From assembly GCF_963921235.1 (NCBI RefSeq), contig NC_086097.1, positions 154,382,001 through 154,446,000 on the forward strand: a DNA stretch of 64,000 nt. Direction: 5' to 3'. Below are positions 22,106 through 35,628 of the stretch, in pieces. Position 1 is the stretch's first letter, and each line of letters begins with the position of its first letter. The DNA comes from Mobula hypostoma (taxonomy: Eukaryota). The translations under genes and the position numbers were made by a program. The notes below the pieces were generated by a model. That model did not search any database, was not told the origin of the DNA, and was given only the letters and a program-made list of their open reading frames with translations.

Positions 22106-24512
22106 TTGAGGAGGACTTTATAGAATGCACACATGATAGCTTTCTTGAACAGCATGTTACTGAACCTACAGGGGAATGTGCTATCTTGGATCCGGTCCTG
22201 TGCAATGAGAAAGGTAAAGTTAGCAATCTTGTAGTTAGGTTTTCCCCTTGGAAAGAGTGATCACAGTACAATTGAGTTTTTCATACAAATGGAGGGTGCA
22301 ATCGTTCGATCTAAAACCAGTGCATCATGCCTAAACAAGGGAGACTACAATGGGATGAGGGTGGAATTGGATAGGGTAGAGTGGGGACACAGGCTATGTG
22401 GTGGGTCGATTAAGAAACAGTTCAAGACTTCCAGAGAGACTTTTCACGGCGTTCAACAAAAGTATATTCCAGCTAAAAGCAAGGACAGTAAGGGTGGGGA
22501 GAGCTAGCCATGAGTTTCCCACTAAAGAAGTAAAGGAAGGCATCAAACTAAAAGCTATTGAGTACAAAGTTGCCAAGAGTAGTGGGAAACTGGAAGATTG
22601 GGAAAACTTTAAAAAGCACCAAAGAACCACTAAATGAGCGATAAAGAAAGGGAAGATAGATTATGAAAATAAACTATGAAAATAAATAATTATGAAAATG
22701 GATAGTAAAAGTTTATATAATTATATAAAGCGGAAAGGGGTGGCCAAAGTGAACACAGATTTCTTGGAGGATAAGAAGGGGGAATTGATATTGGGTAATA
22801 AGGAAATGGTTGAGGCTCTGGATAACTATTTTGTGTCAGTTTTCATGGTAGAGGGCATGTCTAACATGCTGAAAAGAGATGATGTGGATGTGATGACAGG
22901 TGAGGACCTTGAAACAAAAGCTATCATTAAAGAGGTAGTGCTGGGCAAACTTGTGGGCCTAAAGGTAGACAAAACCCTCATCCTGATGGAATGCATCCCA
23001 GGGTACTGAAAGAAATGACAGAGGTTATAGTTGAGGCTTTGTTGATAATTTACCAAAGTTCTCTGGATTCTGGGCAGGTCCCGGCAGACTGGAAGAAGGC
23101 AAATGTCATGTTCGAAGAAGGATGTAGGCAAATAGCAGGTAACTATAGGCCAGTTAGTTTAAGATCTGTAGTTGGGAAAATGCTTGAATCATTAATGAAG
23201 AAATAGCGAGTCATCTGGAAAGAAATGGGTCTATTAGGCAGGTGCAACATGAATTCAGCAAAGTCCAGTCCTGTTTGACAAACTTACTGGAGTTCTTTGA
23301 GGATGTAACGAGTGCAGTGGATAGAAGGGAACGGATGGACATTATTTACTGGATTTCCAGAAGGCGTTTGATAAGATGCCGCATAAAAGACTTATCCATA
23401 AGATAAGGATGCATTGATTTGGGGGTGACGTATTAGCATGGATGGAGAATTGGTTAACCAATAGAAAGCAGAGAGTTGTGATGCATGAGTGTTTCTCTGG
23501 TTGGCGATCAGTGGTGAGTTGTGTGCCGCAGGGGTGCTGGGCCCACAACTGTTCATGATATACATTAATGAATAATGTACTGTATACCTCTGGAAGAGGG
23601 GACTGATGTAGTGTATCTAAGTTTTCTGATGATACCAAATTGAGTGGAAAAGCAAATTGCGCAGAGAGATATAGATAGATTAAGTGAGTGGGCAAAGGTC
23701 TGGCAGATGAGTACAATGTTGGTAAATGCAAGGTCATCCACTTTGGAAGGAAAAAAAGATCAGATTATTTAAATGGTAAAAGACTGCACCATGCTACTCT
23801 GCAGAGGGACTTGGGAGTGTTTGCGCACGAATCACAAAAGGTTGGTTTGTAGGTGCAGCAGGCTACCAAGAAGGCAAATGGAATGTTGGCCTTCATTGCT
23901 AGAGGGATTGAATTTAAGAGCAGGCAGATCATGCTGCAACTGTACAGGGTAATGGTGAGGCCACACCTGGAGTACTGCATGCAGTTCTGGTCTCCTTACT
24001 TGAGAAAGGATATACTAGCTTTACAGACGGTGCAGAGGAGGTTCACCAGGTTGTTTCCAGAGATGAGATGGTTATGAGGAGAGATTCAGTTGCCTGGGTT
24101 TGTACTCGCTGGAACTCAGAAGGATCAGAGGAGATCTTATAGAAACATATAAAATTATGAAAGGGATGGATAAGATAGAGGCAAGAAAGTTGTTTCCACT
24201 GGTAGGTGAGACTAGAACTAAGGACATAGCCTCAGGATTCAGGTGAGTAAATTTCGGATGGAGATGAGTAGAAACTGCTTTTCCCATAGACTGGTGAACC
24301 TGTGGAATTCTCTGCCCAATGAAGCAGTGAAGGTTACCTCAGTAAACATTTTTAAGACAAGGTTGGATTTATGTTTGCATAGCGGGGGAATTAAGAGATA
24401 TGGGGTAAGTGGAGATGAGTCCATGGTCATATCAGCCGTGATCTTATTGAATGGCGGAGCAGGCTCAACAGGCCAGATGGTTGACTCCTGCACCTATTTC
24501 TTATATTCTTAC
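22106..24512 (+). mobile_element. CR1 LINE, 5'-truncated, decayed
   Basis: MHPRVLKEM, NYRPVSL and [20 protein letters not shown], with 3' end ggccagatggttgactcctgcacctatttcttat. Confidence 0.95.
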
Positions 24513-24514
24513 GT

Positions 24515-24735
24515 ACAAGAGAGCGGCCTCTACTGTGCCACAGAGAACAAGTGGCAGCAGCAAAAGGAGGGAATGAACAACCAAAAGACCCAACCACTAA
24601 CCACAGCCACCACCTCCTCTTGTCTACACCGTACCAGAATACGTGGTAGCACTGTGGCCTCTACAACCACCTGAGAGCCCACCAACAGACAACCCCTAGG
24701 AGAACATCCTACTCCACTCAAGTGATCATACTCTT
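24515..24735 (+). mobile_element. RTE LINE 3' remnant
   Basis: Decayed terminal zinc-finger-like segment (tgtctacaccgtaccaga...ggcctctacaaccacctgagagcccac), similar in layout to 31550-31880. Confidence 0.45.
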
Positions 24736-27499
24736 CTCCACTGCAAACTGCAATAGTTTCGGGCTGTTCATTTGTGGCTCAAATTAGCAACTGCAGGGAG
24801 AAAGTGAAATTAAAAATAGGACAAAGAACATCCTCAACAATTCTATGTTTCTATGGTGCATAATGAAGAACATTTGCCCAAAATACTTTATTGTGGGGAG
24901 AAATGACTTGCAGGTGCAAATTTAGTTTCCGAAAACTAATAAAATTATTGAAAGAGCATCACAGGTGGAAGAGAGGGATGGATATATTGTGAAGAAAGCT
25001 GAATAATGGAGCAGAAATGCAGGTGGTGAGTAGTAACTATCTACAGCCATATAAAAGGCATTGTCCAATTGCATGGGATGGATTTCTGCTGAAAATCTGA
25101 AATAAAAGAAACATTTGGAAATCTTCAGCATGCAGCATCTGTACAGTGAGAAACATAAATAGCATTTCAGATCAGCGATCTTTCTAGTGCGAGGATGATT
25201 ACTGTCAAATCTGGCACATTTACTCTTCAGAGTTGGGAATTGACTGTGGTCACTCTATCCATGGAAATCTTCCTTAACGGACTATGTATGAAGACGTTTG
25301 ACCAGAATTGTTAATCCTGTCACTCTCTCTCTGTCTCCACGGATGTTGCCTTGACTTCCTCAGTATCTCCAATAGTTCCTTTTTTCAGCTCCATTGCTGT
25401 TCAATAATTTGTCACAGTCACTGGCAGGGTGCTCAAACACAAGTGGACAGAAGTAAGCAAGCCCAAAAATGTCATCGATCTGAATAAACGCATAAAATAT
25501 TGGAAATATTCAGCAGGTCCAGTGGCATCCGTAAAGGGAGAAACAAAGCTTTAACAAAGTGATTGGTATCAGAATATCACTGGGCTTTGCCCATATGTAT
25601 GTTGTTCCTGGATAGGAGCCATTTGATAATTAATATTTCTCTCCCCTAAGGACACTGAAAATTCTGACTTGAAAACACATGCAATTCCCCTGCCATTGCA
25701 AAGATGGAAAATAAATCAAACGTGGAAATCTACGTACATTTTCTGAGTGTTTTGCGGATCTGTTTGTAAACTCGCATGAACAATTAGAAATGGAAGATAT
25801 AAAATGAACTCATTATTTATCTGTGAAATATTTCATTTTTTTCTATTATATTAGTCTGATAATGAGCTTTGGGAGCTGAAATGCAATCTGAGAATTCAGT
25901 GCTCAAGGTGAAGTTCACAAGTGAGAAATATAAAGTAGCACAAAAGCACAAAACCAAATCTTTTGCTCTTGATATTTTCTGCAAATTCATTCATGTGCAA
26001 ATAGAAGATGCATTAATTAATGTATAAAACATCCAGCAGATCTTAGGTGAGGAAGAAAAACTCCCTGACTTGCTAAGTATAACAAACTTCTATATGTTTT
26101 ACACTACTCCTCCACAAGCCTAAAAATTCCCATGATTTCAAAGAAGTTGGTGCAATTGTGCTGTTAAAACAAACTGTTCGTGGAACAGAAAGTTAGAGTC
26201 ATAAAGTCCCTTATAACGATGAGATTTGTGTTCTGTAATCACTTCTGGTATTTTCTGCCCTGAAGTGAAACAGTGAAATATTGATATTTCAGTCCTACAG
26301 GGAACAACTGAACCTTGAGGTTTTTTTTCCAATTTCATGTTTGTCTCATTTTTTTCACTGCCCTTTTCTTCCCTCCCTCAATCTGGTATTTTCCCTCCAT
26401 TTATTTACTTTGTATCTAAATTTTTTATTCAATGTTTACCTTTTCAATTTTTTTTCCTGTCCTTCCCCTTAATAATTTTTTTTTCAATTTAAGGGGACAG
26501 ACCACTATTTCCATTATCTAAGATCTAAGGAGAGCAGCTGTATCATTAACAATTTGCATTTCCAACAGTTTGCATCATAAGAATATTCTGCATTGAAGTT
26601 TTGCTCTTATTAGTCTAGCATAAATTATCATGGGTAACAATAGAGAATGAAAATACTCATTCAGTCAACAGACATCTGCAGAAAAATAAGTTAAAATTTC
26701 AGGTCCATGAACTTTCATCAGATATTTATCATTAGGATATCTGAGAAAATGGAATAGATGAACAACTTATCTAGTAAAAACACATACAAATGTGAACAAT
26801 GCAAAGTAATGGCCCTTTAGGAAATTAAATCTGTCTCACAAGCAAAACAACTGTAACAGTGTCACATGTTGATGAAAGATCATCAATCTGAAGTATTATC
26901 TTAGCTTCTCTCTATAGGTGGTTCTAGTAATAAAGTAATTTTATTATGCTGGAAATTTCCTCCAACACTGACTTGTCCCTCTTGATCCCAAACATCTGAG
27001 TTGCCTTCCATTGTGCTCCAAGCTCCCTACTTGGAGTTTAATAACAGCCTCAGAGCCATCAAATACTATTAAAAATATAGCATTAGATTTAAAAAAATAA
27101 AGATGCAATAAAACATAAAATATATCATAAAAAAGATCAAGTTTTTATCAACCAATTTCCCCCAGGATCAATGAAGTATGACTATGACTATGTTTGAAAC
27201 CTTCTGAAAGCCAGGCAGCATCTATGGAGAAAGAAAGAGAATCAATATTTCAGATCAGTGATCTTTGATCTTACCAAATGATTTGGTGGCTAGAAAAGGT
27301 GAAAATAATCCACTCCTAACTCTATTTCTTTTGCCTTCTACTAGTGGATCTCTGTGCTAAAGCAGCTTGAAGTTGTGAGAAGCGCAACATTAACAAAGGT
27401 CATTCTTTAGAAGTCCAAAGTCCTGAGGCATGTCTTAAGCTAAAATATATTTTTTTCTTGGAAAGTAAGGGAAGGCAACAAACTATTAAGAATTACTGG

Positions 27500-27840
27500 C
27501 AGAAGTTTATAAAATGATGAGAAACATAGAAAAACAGCCAGTTCTTTTATCTCAGGGTCAAAATGTCTAATACTAGAGGGTATGCTTTAAGGTGAAAGTT
27601 CAAAGGAGATGTACAGAACAAGTTTTTATTTTACACACAGGGAGTGGTAGGCACCTGAAATTCACTACCAAGGATGGTGGTGGAGGCAGATACAAAAAGA
27701 CTTTTAGACAGAAACATGAATATGCCAAGAATGGAAAGATATGGACCATGTGCAGCCAAAAGAGATTAGTTTAATGAGGCATCATTAACTTATTTAGCTC
27801 AGCAAAATATTGTGAGCTGAAATGCTGTACTGTTCTATGT
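27500..27840 (+). mobile_element. CR1 3' fragment
   Basis: tctaatactagagggtatgctttaaggtg...tttttattttacacacagggagtggt...gctgtactgttctatgt. Confidence 0.7.
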
Positions 27841-29919
27841 AAATAATTAACCAGGCATGTGGGACAGAAATATTTCAGTTAGAAGAAAGAAAGTTAATAA
27901 TCAACCAGATTTTTTTTGCTAATCTCACAAATGTCATAGTCATTTTACTATATTGTACATATTTATAATCTTAGATAATGATCAGTCCACCTTTTGTATT
28001 CCAAGAGGAATACAACATTCTATGGAAATGGAGTCACATATAAACAGAAGTAGATTTGGACAGGATCCGTCCAATACAATTGCAACTTTGATTTTTCTTG
28101 TGCTAGGCCACAATTACAAGCTTAATTTAATTTAATTACACAATTTGTCTTTAGGGATTTGAACATCAAGCCTCTAAGTTGCTACTCATCTTCCAAAATA
28201 CCATAAGTTATTATATCCTCTGAAGTTTACATTTGTTTTTGATCTCGTACAATGATCTGAAATGGTTCCCATGTGTATTAGATTTTCATTACTCCTTAAA
28301 AACAATTTGGCTTTGCATGCTAGAGGCTGAATTAAGTACCAACTTTATTATATTTCTTCTTGACTAAAAGGCACTAACACTTCACCAGCACGCTTTAGGG
28401 TGTCATGTCCTCTAGCAATGAATCTTCATGTGCAATATGATACAGTAATTATTTGTTATGTCTTCAACTAACTAAGAATACCATAATCCAGTTTTGTCAA
28501 ATTCTAACTAAGGATCATCAAGAGTTGTTGGAATTCAATCTATAGAAAAAAACATACTAATTTGCTTCTCTTCTGTCAGGTGTGCTAAACCCAGTGTCAA
28601 TCCCATCACCTCATCAGCTGAGAACAAGAAACTTTAATATAGCTTCTAACTTGGTTATTGGACAGTGCGACATAGAACAAAGATGAGGAATTCCTTAACA
28701 CAGAGGGCTATAAACTATTGGAATCCTATACTTTTGTTTTATCGGAATCCTATACTTTTGTTTGTCAAGAGTTACAGAGATCTATAAATTTCAAACATAA
28801 CAGAGAATCAGAGATGAAAAAAGTCACTGATAAATTGGACTTGACACATTATTTAGCAAAATCGTACTGCTTAACTGACTGGCCCTGAAGGGTGCTTGGC
28901 ATAACCTTTGGGTTCTTAAATAACAAGGGTGTGGAATAAATTCCTGAAAACATTGTCTTGTTTCACAGAGCTATCCACCCTCCCCAATAGTCCTCAAACT
29001 GCCTTCTTTCCAGTAGCATATATATAACTATGTTTTGAATCATTCCTGGGGTAGATATTGCTGACATGTCCAGTGTTCATTGGCCATCTCTCCATTAAAC
29101 TTGGGTGGTAATGAAATACTTTTTTGAATGACTTTAATCCAGGTGGTAGACTTCTTCTGAAGCCCAATTTCTCAACAGCTTTAGTGGCCTTCCCCAACTT
29201 AATTAACACCAAATTTTAAATGTTTATGAATCCTTCAATCATTTGCTTAAAAATGCCTATTTCATGAGACAATAAAGGAACTAATTTTTGCTTCTTCAAA
29301 GCATCTTAGGATATAAAATTAGAAAAGAGAGGAAGAGGTTCAGAGAGAAGCCCAGAGAGAGACAGTGAAATAAAGAGATGGAGACAGATTATAAATGCAT
29401 GAAATTAAAACTGAGTTCACACAGGTTAAGAGAGCAGACACAGAAGCTACAATGCCTTTGATCTAATATATTATCCATATGTATAGCAAATAAATAAAGC
29501 TTTCATAACACTGGCACTTTATGACATTTTTAAAAACTAAGAGAAACATAAATACTGTATTTCACAAATGTTGCAGGATGCAGAGAATGTGAATTTCTGG
29601 GAGAGGTTTGGTGTAAACTCAATACTCAAAGGTAAGAAGCTGGCCTTATGCCAGATTCCAATCTGGCTGCTGTTCCTCTTAACTAACAGCATCAGTTTTT
29701 TTCTCTGATCCTAATTCCATTATTAATGTTCCCTTTGAGAATTTTGCTTACTGTTATATTTACAATGGAAAAAGTAGGTTTGTAATAATTTGACTATTAT
29801 CAGTTCCTAGAAGTGAATGAAATATATACAAAGCTTTCAGTTTATGTTTGCCATTTAATAAAACCCCTCCAAGTATTTCCTCATTGATGTAGCTATGTTA
29901 CAAGTTCAAAGTTCAAAAG

Positions 29920-30192
29920 TACATAGCCTCAAGATTTGGGGGAGTCAATTTGTGATGGAGATGAAGGTGAACTGCTTTTCTCAGAGAGTGGTGAATCTGT
30001 CCAATAAAGCAGTGGAGGCTACCTCAGTTAAGACAAGGCTGGATAGATGTTTGCATTGTAGGGGATTTAAGGGTTATGGGGAAAAGACAGGTAGGTGGAG
30101 ATGAGTCCATGATCTTATTGAATGGTAGAGCAGGCTCGACAGGCCAGATGGCCTACTCCTGCTCCTATTTCTCATGTTCTTATGCTCTTATG
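29920..30192 (+). mobile_element. CR1 3' fragment
   Basis: NCFSQRVVNL and 3' end ggccagatggcctactcctgctcctatttctcatgttcttatg. Confidence 0.85.
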
Positions 30193-30902
30193 AAAATTTA
30201 TTATCGAAGTACATATATGTCATCATATGAGATTAATTTGCTTGCAGGCATGCTCAGTAAATCCATAATTGAATAATAACCATAATAGAAAGAATGTAAG
30301 ACTACACTGACTTGGACGTTCAACCAGTGTGCAATAAACAAGCAAAAAAAGAAGGTTCTGCTTGGTGTGAATAATTTCTCCTGTGAATGCCTGCAAGAAT
30401 ATGAATTCAGGGTAGGATATGGTGACATATACAGCCTCTAATTATTACATCTGAGAACCAATCTCTTACCTTGATGGTAGAAATATTCTAATTAATAAAA
30501 TAAGTCACATAACTGGAGACAATGTGTATCTTCCATCATTACCTTTTAACACCAAGTGAGCTGTAACTGAAATCTTTACTTTGTTGATATTAATAATAAA
30601 GATTGTACTTTCATATTTCCTTGCAGACATAATTAGCAGAGTGTGAACTTTCTTTGACAATAAATTTACGTTGAGCTTTGAACTTTGATATATCAAATAG
30701 ATGGAAGGCAGGAGTGAATTGCATCATCAATGTCTGCCATTGGTGTGAAGTGGCTCATAAAATTTTAGAAGTAGCTCACAATTTTAAGGGCTTTGCCATG
30801 AATCCTTGTTAGAGGGCAGTGTGGCAAATCAGAGAAGGTTGATGTAGCGATTTTGTCTTAAAGATGTCGATGAAAGTCCCATATTTTTATGTCGGTCTCT
30901 CA

Positions 30903-31135
30903 CTCATGTGGCCATGTGGTTAAGGCGTTCGTCTAGTGATCTGAAGGTCGCTAGTTTGAGCCTCAACTGTGGCAGTGTGTTTGTGTCCCTGAGCAAGGCA
31001 TTTAATCACACATTGCTCTAGTGTCTGTGCGAGGAATGGCACCCAACACAGACTTCGAATCTGCGCCTTGTAAGGCATGAAAATGCCCGACGCAGGCCTC
31101 TCATGATCCGAGTTGACGTTCCTTCCTTCCTTCCA
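30903..31135 (+). mobile_element. tRNA-derived SINE with a CORE-like central domain
   Basis: A box tggccatgtgg, B box gtttgagcc, gtgtccctgagcaaggcatttaa and a (TTCC)n tail. Confidence 0.75.
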
Positions 31136-31549
31136 CTCACCCTGATGATTCAGTGAAAGCAGCAGTGATGGCATGCAGCTCAACGTCTGAACATGTGTGA
31201 ATGTAAGAATTGTCTCTATAATGCAGCCTAATAACTGTGTTTAGGATAATATGTTGATTCAAGAAAAAGGGTACTTGAAGATCAAGGCCACAATCCTGGC
31301 TGAAAACCCATAGTGTACCAGGTTTGAGTGATCTTTGTCCCTCCTCTATGCTTCCGAGACATAGGCTACACACAGCAGGTATATAGAGGCACAGAAAACT
31401 GTGAACACTGCAAAATGATCTAAGTTCATTGGAAGGATAAGTGAACCAATACTTGTGTCTTCTACCAGGCTGACATTCCCAGTAATGAAGGCCTAATTCC
31501 ATTTAGTTGACTGCTTTCAGCAGGCTCCATCATTAAACTCCAGAAGCTC

Positions 31550-31880
31550 TGTCAGGGGAAGAGATTACAAGACGAAAGTGGAAAAGTTTCCAGGATGTGT
31601 CCGAAGCCTGATTCTCTGACTCCTGAGTATCTCGAGTCCATGACTGCCAAAGTGGAGAAGGAGCATTCAGGATGGCATTGAGAACATTGAGACTCTGCAT
31701 CAGGTGGTCACAGAGGTCCTTACAGAAGGAGCAGAACATCGCACAGATTAGCTTCCATGCCACATCATCCTATATCTGTGTGTATGGAAGAATTCACAGT
31801 ACTGCTATAGCTTTGTTGGTCACCTTAGAACCCACAAAACTAGAATTGTAGCAATCCTCCAATCCTGAAGGACAAGAAGA
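31550..31880 (+). mobile_element. RTE LINE 3' remnant
   Basis: Decayed W...A.D..KWRR.I..G motif (catgactgccaaagtggagaaggagcattcaggatggc) and terminal ggtcaccttagaacccac. Confidence 0.5.
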
Positions 31881-32074
31881 CATTAGCATGACTTTAGTCA
31901 AGCTCTAGTGATCACGAGTCAGCGATTTGTAGAAATGGAAAAATCTCGCTCCATCCCCCACCTATGTCAGGTAAATTTAATGGAAGATGTGACATTCATT
32001 CCTCTAAATACTGAAGTGGGTATTGCATGAAAGACTCCTTTGTTTATATTTTTATGTCAGTCACTCATCCTGAT

Positions 32075-32275
32075 TGACAGAAACCTGATTGGATGAGGAC
32101 TAACCAAGCAGGAGGGATGGTTATACCACCAGACTGGACATGCCAAGGCATCACCCCTGATAAAGATGGCAGAGTTTGTCATTGAAATGTTGGGTAAAGT
32201 TGAAAACCTGCACCCAGCTGGCAGTCCGAGAAGAGGTTATTCATCATAAACACCGGGAAAGCAACAGATCCCTTC
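32075..32275 (+). mobile_element. Solo terminal repeat of the second Penelope family, with a hammerhead-like motif at 32154-32194
   Basis: gaaacctgattggatgaggactaacca...ccctgataaagatggcagagtttgtcattgaaatgttggg; homologous to 14165-14400 and 60445-60695. Confidence 0.75.
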
Positions 32276-32795
32276 TGTCACTCACCCTCTTCAACTGCCC
32301 CTACTCACACTTTGCTGAATTATGTCTACAAGGAAATATAGAAATACAATCTGTATTATTACCATCAGCAAAGCAAAGAATCCAGTTACAGCTCACTTGG
32401 TATTAAAAGATAATGATGAAAGATACCTATTGTGTCTAGTTATGTGACTTATTTTATTAATTAGAATATTTCCACCATCAAGGTAAGAGGTTGATTGTCA
32501 GATGTAATAATTAGAGGCTGTTGTTTCAACACTCAATTCGAAAATTAATTACAGTAAGGAAAATAGCATCTGTCTCTCAGCTTTTTGCTCTTCCTAAAGT
32601 TTCAAAAAAGCAGCAGAAGTTTATGATCATTTTGTAGCCACGCTTTGTTTACCAAAACACTCAGTCATTGTTTAAAACAAGTCATTTTATATTCTAAATC
32701 TACAGAATTTTATTATTTTGTCATCCAGCCTTTCTTCATGACACATTAAAAAAATTAGAAAAAAATATACTGATGCCGTTTGGCAATTTCTTCAC

Positions 32796-34070
32796 ATCAG
32801 AATCAGAATCAGGTATAGTATCACCAGCGTATGTTTTGAAATTTGTTAACTTAGCAGCATTACTTGCAATACATGATAATTTAGAAACAAATAAATAAGT
32901 CAATTACAGTATATTAAATAGTTAATTTAAAAATTGTATGAAAACAGAAATAATAAAAGTGAGGTAGTGTTCATGGGTTCAATGTCCATTTAGGAATTGG
33001 ATAGCAGAGGGGAAGAAACTGTTCCTGAGTCACTGAATGTGTGCCTTCAGACTTCTGTACCACCGTCCTGATAGTAACAATGAGAAGAAGACACATCCTG
33101 AGTGCTGGAGGTCCTTTCTGCGGCACCGCTCCTTGAAAATGTCTTGGATACTACAGAGGCTAGTACCCAAGATGGAGCTGATTAATTTTACAACTTCCTG
33201 TAGCTTCTTTCGATCCTGTGTGGTAGACACCCCCACCCCCAATACCAGACAGGAATGCAGCCTGTCAGAATGTTCTCTATGGTACATCTGTAAAAGTTTT
33301 TGGGTTTTTTGGGTGACAAACCAAATCTCCTCAAACTCCTAATGAAATATAGCCACTATTTTGTCTTCTTTATAGCTGTATTGATATGTTAGGATCAGGT
33401 TAGATCCTCAGAGATCTTGACACACAGGAACTTGAAATTCCCCACTCTCTCCACTTCTGAACCTTCTATGAGGATTGGTTTGTGTTCCTTCATCTTACCC
33501 TTTCTGAAGTTCACATAATCTCTCTGGTCTTACTGACATTGAGGGCAAGGTTGTTGCTGCAACATCACTCAACTAGCTGGTCTATCTTGTTCCTGTACGC
33601 CCTCTCATCTCCATCTGAGATTCTCCCAACAATGGTTATATCATCAGCAAATTTATAGCTGGCATTTGAGCTATGCCTAGCCACACAGTCATGGGTATAG
33701 AGAGAAGAGAGCAGTGGGCTAAGCACACACCCCTGAGTGTTGATCATTAGTAAGGAGGAGATATTATTACCAATCCACCCAGATTGTGATCTCCCGGTTA
33801 GGAAGTCGAAGATCCAACTGCAGAGGGAGGTACAAAGGCCCATTTCTGTAGCTTATTGATCAGGACTGTAGGAATAATGGTGTTAAAAGCTGAGCTATAG
33901 TCAATGAACAGCACTCTGACATAAATGTTTGTATTGTCCAGGTGATCTAAAGACCATGTGAAAAGCCATTGAGATTGCGGCTACCGTAGACCTATTGTGA
34001 TGATAGGCAAATTGCAGTGGGTTCAGTTGCTTGCTGAGGCAGGAATTAATTCTGGCCATGACCAACATCA
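32796..34070 (-). mobile_element. Rex1/Babar LINE, RT to 3' end
   Basis: [14 protein letters not shown]...[17 protein letters not shown]...KFADD, with a (CTGATT)n tail at 32796-32812. Confidence 0.9.
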
Positions 34071-34160
34071 ACTATTTATTTTGCTGCTGAGTTGCTGCCT
34101 GATCTGTGTCTGCTGAACTGTAGAGCTTTAGACGTGCCTCTCAACAAAACCTTAATGGTA

Positions 34161-35435
34161 CAGTGGATTCCAGTTATTTAGGCTATCGGTTAATCAGGAC
34201 AGCCGCTTATTTGGGACAACTCTTAAAGAACAAAAACTAATCAAGAAAATTGCCTGGATTCCTTCATTTATCTGGGACACTATGCCACTTAATTGGGCAG
34301 AAAACTATTGCCGAACGGGTTCTAACTAGCTTCAGTCATGCGCATTAGTGCGGCCATCAGACGCTACACCATGCTTAGAACAAACACTGTTTAAATAATG
34401 TCAGTTGGGTGTGTTTGTGTTCAAAAAGTTGTGATTTTTATTACTGATAATTGATGAGAAATAAGACAATTCTGAACTGTTTTGCTCACTGAAGTTTCAA
34501 CCATTCAAGCTTAGAAACAGCCGGGAGTGAAAATTAGATGATTTCATTACTTCATCAAATTAGAAACTACAAAGGATTTAAGGGTATCAACAACCATCTT
34601 GAAATGAAAATGAAAATTTGGGGGATACAATCATCAATAGCATTGAATGAAGGTAGTTCCTTATCTGTACCAGGTATCTGTACTGATTTTGTTCCATTGC
34701 ATACACTGGATGAATCTGTCTGTTGATAAATATTAATAACTAATACACAGTTTTATAGTACTGTTCTAATTTGTTCTGTATTTCACTTAAGTACATAGAG
34801 TACTGTGCAAAGTTTTAGGCATGTATACAGTATATAGCTAGAGTGCCTAAGACTTTTGCACAGTACTGTATTTGTCAACGTGAAGTGGAGAGCGAGTTTG
34901 TAAATCTCTGATTTAGTGGGATTAAAGGATGTTGGGAATGATGAGGATGGAGTGCCGTGGAATGGGTGTGGGATAGGTGGTGGCGAAGGTGTGCCAGGGG
35001 CATGGGGGTGCAGGTACAGATACAACCAGCCCAGAAACACCAGGAAAAGTAATTTCGTTCCTAAAAGTTGGTTTATTGATCATTACAGAATGTCTCTCTG
35101 GTGCTTCCCACCCTCAGTCTACAAAAGAGACCCATATCAGAATCAGGTTTATCATCACTCACTTATATCATGAAATCTGTTTTGTTGTTGCAGCAATAGT
35201 GCAGTGCAATACATAGACTTACCACAGTACTTTGCAAAGGTCTTAGGCACGCTAGATCTATATATACAGTACTGTATGTGCCTGTGACTTTAACACAGTA
35301 CTTTAAGTCATTGCTCAGTTTGTCTTTTTTATACCTTTTTATTTATTTCCATGAAATTTCAGCTACTTGGATCAGTTGCTTAATTGGGCCAATATGTACT
35401 GGTCCCAATGTGTCCCAATAAACTGGAATCAACTG
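34161..35435. mobile_element. Tigger/pogo-like non-autonomous DNA transposon with TIRs and TA flanks
   Basis: TA|cagtggattccagtt ... aactggaatcaactg|TA, with sub-terminal aattggg/tttggg repeats. Confidence 0.8.
34799..35302. mobile_element. Nested Tc1-like unit bounded by two ~70-bp hairpins
   Basis: agtactgtgcaaagttttaggca...tgcctaagacttttgcacagtactg (34799-34868) and cagtactttgcaaaggtcttaggcac...gtgcctgtgactttaacacagtact (35225-35302). Confidence 0.65.
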
Positions 35436-35628
35436 TATTTACAAACTTAAATAGCTAAATTATATTGCTAAAGTCAGCATTTTCATTGGTAGGCTGTGGA
35501 AAAACTATATACACCTTTTTGAAATTCCTTGTATGTCAGAAGTATCAGTTTCTATTGAAACAAAATTAATTCTGATTTTTTGAGTGATTTGCAAGAACTT
35601 TGACTGGTCGATTAGAATAAAGCATTTG

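Larger units (their letters stand above)
30431..32521. repeat. ~215-bp inverted repeat pair (30431-30646 and 32305-32521)
   Basis: acagcctctaattattacatctga...gcagagtgtga is the diverged reverse complement of tcacactttgc...tcagatgtaataattagaggctgt. Confidence 0.9.

Noticed and set aside
30903..30975. tRNA gene
   Set aside because: The A and B boxes run into a SINE body and tail, and no complete cloverleaf was found.
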